DNA of 64,000 nucleotides from an uncultured Candidatus Saccharibacteria bacterium (GTDB lineage Bacteria; Patescibacteriota; Minisyncoccia; Phycocordibacterales; UBA2100): NCBI GenBank assembly GCA_964648335.1, contig CAZYLZ010000004.1, positions 6,189 to 70,188 of the forward strand, read 5' to 3'. Shown piece by piece: positions 62,111 to 64,000 of this stretch (position 1 is its first letter; each line of letters starts with the position of its first letter). The notes under the pieces were generated by a model. It saw only the letters and a program-made list of their open reading frames with translations, ran no database searches and was not told where the DNA came from. The position numbers and the translations under genes were made by a program.

Positions 62111-64000
62111 TTACCGTATCTCAAACCCCTTTCCGGTAAGTGCAGCGGATACTTTGCCCATCACCTCATTCACCTCGACATCACTCAAGGTTTTCTCGTG
62201 CGACTGGAACACCAAATGGAATGCGTACGACGTGCGGCCTTCTTTAGAAAACTCATCAAACTTATCGAGCTTTATCAAAAGCTCTCCGCCGTTTTGCTTG
62301 ATTATCTCGTGCACCGTCTCTGCAGCAGTGCCTGCCGGTACCCAGAGCGCAATATCGCGCAGCACGAACGGATACGCCGAAAGCGGCGCATACCGCGTAC
62401 CGTCTTGTATAAGCTCGAGCATCGGGTTCTCGATGGTCGCCGTCTCGGCGACACGCCCCAGGTCGAACTCGAACGTCTCGGCAGCGTACGCAGGCTCTAT
62501 CTTGCCCAGTGCCACCTCGAGCGCATTCTGCGCCTCGACAAGCATCTCTTTGGCGCGCTCGACGCGCTTCTTTGCGACAGTTGGCCGCACGCCCACTGCC
62601 ACCTTTAGGTACTCACCGTCTTTGGTAAACACGTTGCCAATCTCGAACACCTTTACGACGTCGATGCCCAGCAAGGGTGCGTTGTACTCACCTTTGGCAA
62701 GCGCCTCGACGACGCCGCTCATGAGGTTTTTGCGAAGCGAATGTTTGTCGGCGGCAAGCGAGTTCGAGAGCGCAAGTTCGCCGTCGTCGCGCAAGCTGTA
62801 GGTCAGCACCTCGGTAAAGCCCAAGCCCTGCAACACGGCACGCACGAGCTCTGCTGCAACATATCGCAAGTTCGGAGTCGGCGCTTTCTTCATGGCCGGC
62901 AAGGGCGTCGCCGCGATGTTGTGATAGCCGTATACGCGGCCTATCTCTTCGACCATGTCTTCGGCGATACGCATGTCGAGCCGCTCGAACGGTGCAACAA
63001 CGGTAAATCCGGGCGTGTATGCAAATCCAAAGCGCTTGATGATTCCCTCTACGGCGTCGTCGGAGAGCTCTGTACCGAGCACCGTGTTTATCTTCTCGGT
63101 CGTTATGTCTACCGTATATTGGACAGGCTTGGTGGCGTCCGCAACGCCGTAGCCGACGACCGCGCCACCAGCGATCTCCTTGATGAGCTTGACCACCGCT
63201 TCCATGCCGTAAAACGGGAGTTCGTCTGGAATCTCGTTCTCGTAGCGATACGAGGCGTCGGTACGCAAGCGCAAGCTTTGCGACGTCTTGCGCGTAAGCA
63301 CTGGTGCAAACTTGGCCGATTCGATGACAATGTCGGTGGTGTGGTTGTCTACCTCGGCCTTGGTGCCACCTTTGATTCCTGCGATAGCGATTGGATCGTC
63401 GAGGTTAGCATCGACGATGAGCGACATACCCTCGACAAGCTCGTACTCCTGCCCGCCCAAGACGGTGATCTTTTCGCCGGCTTTTGCAGGACGAACGCCG
63501 ATCTTGACTGCACCCTTCTTAAGAAACAATTTTTGTGCATCGAATGCGTGCAAGGGCTGCCCCAGCTCGAGCATGACGTAATTCGTCGCATCGACGACGT
63601 TGTTGATGCTGCGCTGGCCAAGCGCCTGGAGGCGCGCCCGAAGCCACTCGGGAGACTCGCCCACCGAAACACCTTTAACCAGCGCCGCGATGTACACCGG
63701 ACACGCTGCAGTGTCGGTAACCTCGACAGAGAGTGATGTGTCGTCGATGCGTAGCCCAGGCCTAGAATCGCGCAAGGGATCGCGCGCCATTGGGATGTCG
63801 AGCAAGACCGAGAGCTCTTTGGCTATCCCACGGTGGCAGAGACAGTCGTGCGCACGGTTTGGCAAGACCTTTACATCGATAATCGCATCACCGGCACCCA
63901 GCTGTGTATCTGCATCTCCGTCAACGTGCTCGACAATGCCTTCGATCTCGAAGGCACCAAACGTGAGTGCATCGGCGACCTTTTGCGTCGCAGGAAGCGG
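62111..64000 (-). CDS. pheT: Phenylalanine--tRNA ligase beta subunit; N-terminal part extends beyond the right window edge.
   Basis: The ORF-track protein (TTG pseudo-start at 63865) aligns to the PheT B3/B4, B5 and C-terminal anticodon-binding domains. Manual upstream translation stays open to 64000 (...GAFEIEGIVEHVDGDADTQLGAGDAIIDVKVLPNRAHDCLCHRGIAKEL). Confidence 0.85.
   Translation of the reverse strand, partial: PLPATQKVADALTFGAFEIEGIVEHVDGDADTQLGAGDAIIDVKVLPNRAHDCLCHRGIAKELSVLLDIPMARDPLRDSRPGLRIDDTSLSVEVTDTAACPVYIAALVKGVSVGESPEWLRARLQALGQRSINNVVDATNYVMLELGQPLHAFDAQKLFLKKGAVKIGVRPAKAGEKITVLGGQEYELVEGMSLIVDANLDDPIAIAGIKGGTKAEVDNHTTDIVIESAKFAPVLTRKTSQSLRLRTDASYRYENEIPDELPFYGMEAVVKLIKEIAGGAVVGYGVADATKPVQYTVDITTEKINTVLGTELSDDAVEGIIKRFGFAYTPGFTVVAPFERLDMRIAEDMVEEIGRVYGYHNIAATPLPAMKKAPTPNLRYVAAELVRAVLQGLGFTEVLTYSLRDDGELALSNSLAADKHSLRKNLMSGVVEALAKGEYNAPLLGIDVVKVFEIGNVFTKDGEYLKVAVGVRPTVAKKRVERAKEMLVEAQNALEVALGKIEPAYAAETFEFDLGRVAETATIENPMLELIQDGTRYAPLSAYPFVLRDIALWVPAGTAAETVHEIIKQNGGELLIKLDKFDEFSKEGRTSYAFHLVFQSHEKTLSDVEVNEVMGKVSAALTGKGFEIR

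Noticed and set aside
62111-63865. ORF-track start for pheT at 63865
   Set aside because: That codon is TTG in the middle of an open frame. Manual translation stays open to the window edge and continues to match PheT, so the gene is reported as 62111..64000, partial.
1-64000. CRISPR arrays, rRNA or tRNA genes
   Set aside because: No regularly spaced short direct repeats with unique spacers were found. No rRNA-like conserved blocks or complete tRNA cloverleaves were recognised in any intergenic region.

Overview
This 64-kb window looks like a high-GC (about 58%), gene-dense bacterial chromosome segment. A streamlined, CPR/Patescibacteria-like genome is my inference, not something the sequence proves. 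Most of it is a housekeeping core. Recognisable genes are a UvrD-like helicase (truncated at the left edge), dnaG-rpoD, rpoB-rpoC, rpsP-KH-trmD, RNase R, smc, rnc, a nusB-NUDIX fusion, rpmF, rnhB, dnaE, thrS, gyrB, pyrB and pheT (truncated at the right edge). Between these sit several accessory regions. (1) Two clusters of secreted surface proteins (4.6-6.2 kb and 46.9-53.5 kb) share a Cys-bracketed domain of about 75 aa and lie next to a sortase gene. Two of these proteins end in a conserved YVSL(T/S)Q(V/I)PYTG motif followed by a TM segment and basic residues, which may be a non-canonical sorting signal. (2) A tight three-gene operon (29.4-37.1 kb) encodes 882-, 406- and 1256-aa proteins with no recognisable domains. 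(3) Two paralogous short PaaX-family regulators each sit in a cassette of about 0.9 kb. Each cassette is flanked by long quasi-palindromes and bounded by diverged direct duplications of the end of the neighbouring gene (rnc 3' end, SDR 5' end). That is an insertion or mobile-element signature. (4) An AT-rich (about 42% GC) gene encodes a PD-(D/E)xK nuclease that resembles Shedu/DUF4263. (5) A small gene encodes a Cys-rich secreted peptide and carries a textbook promoter, RBS and terminator. (6) A 480-bp noncoding region downstream of gyrB has nested dyad symmetry. I saw no rRNA, tRNA or CRISPR. The ORF track omits ORFs that run off a window edge, so I added the helicase and the pheT extension by reading the sequence directly.
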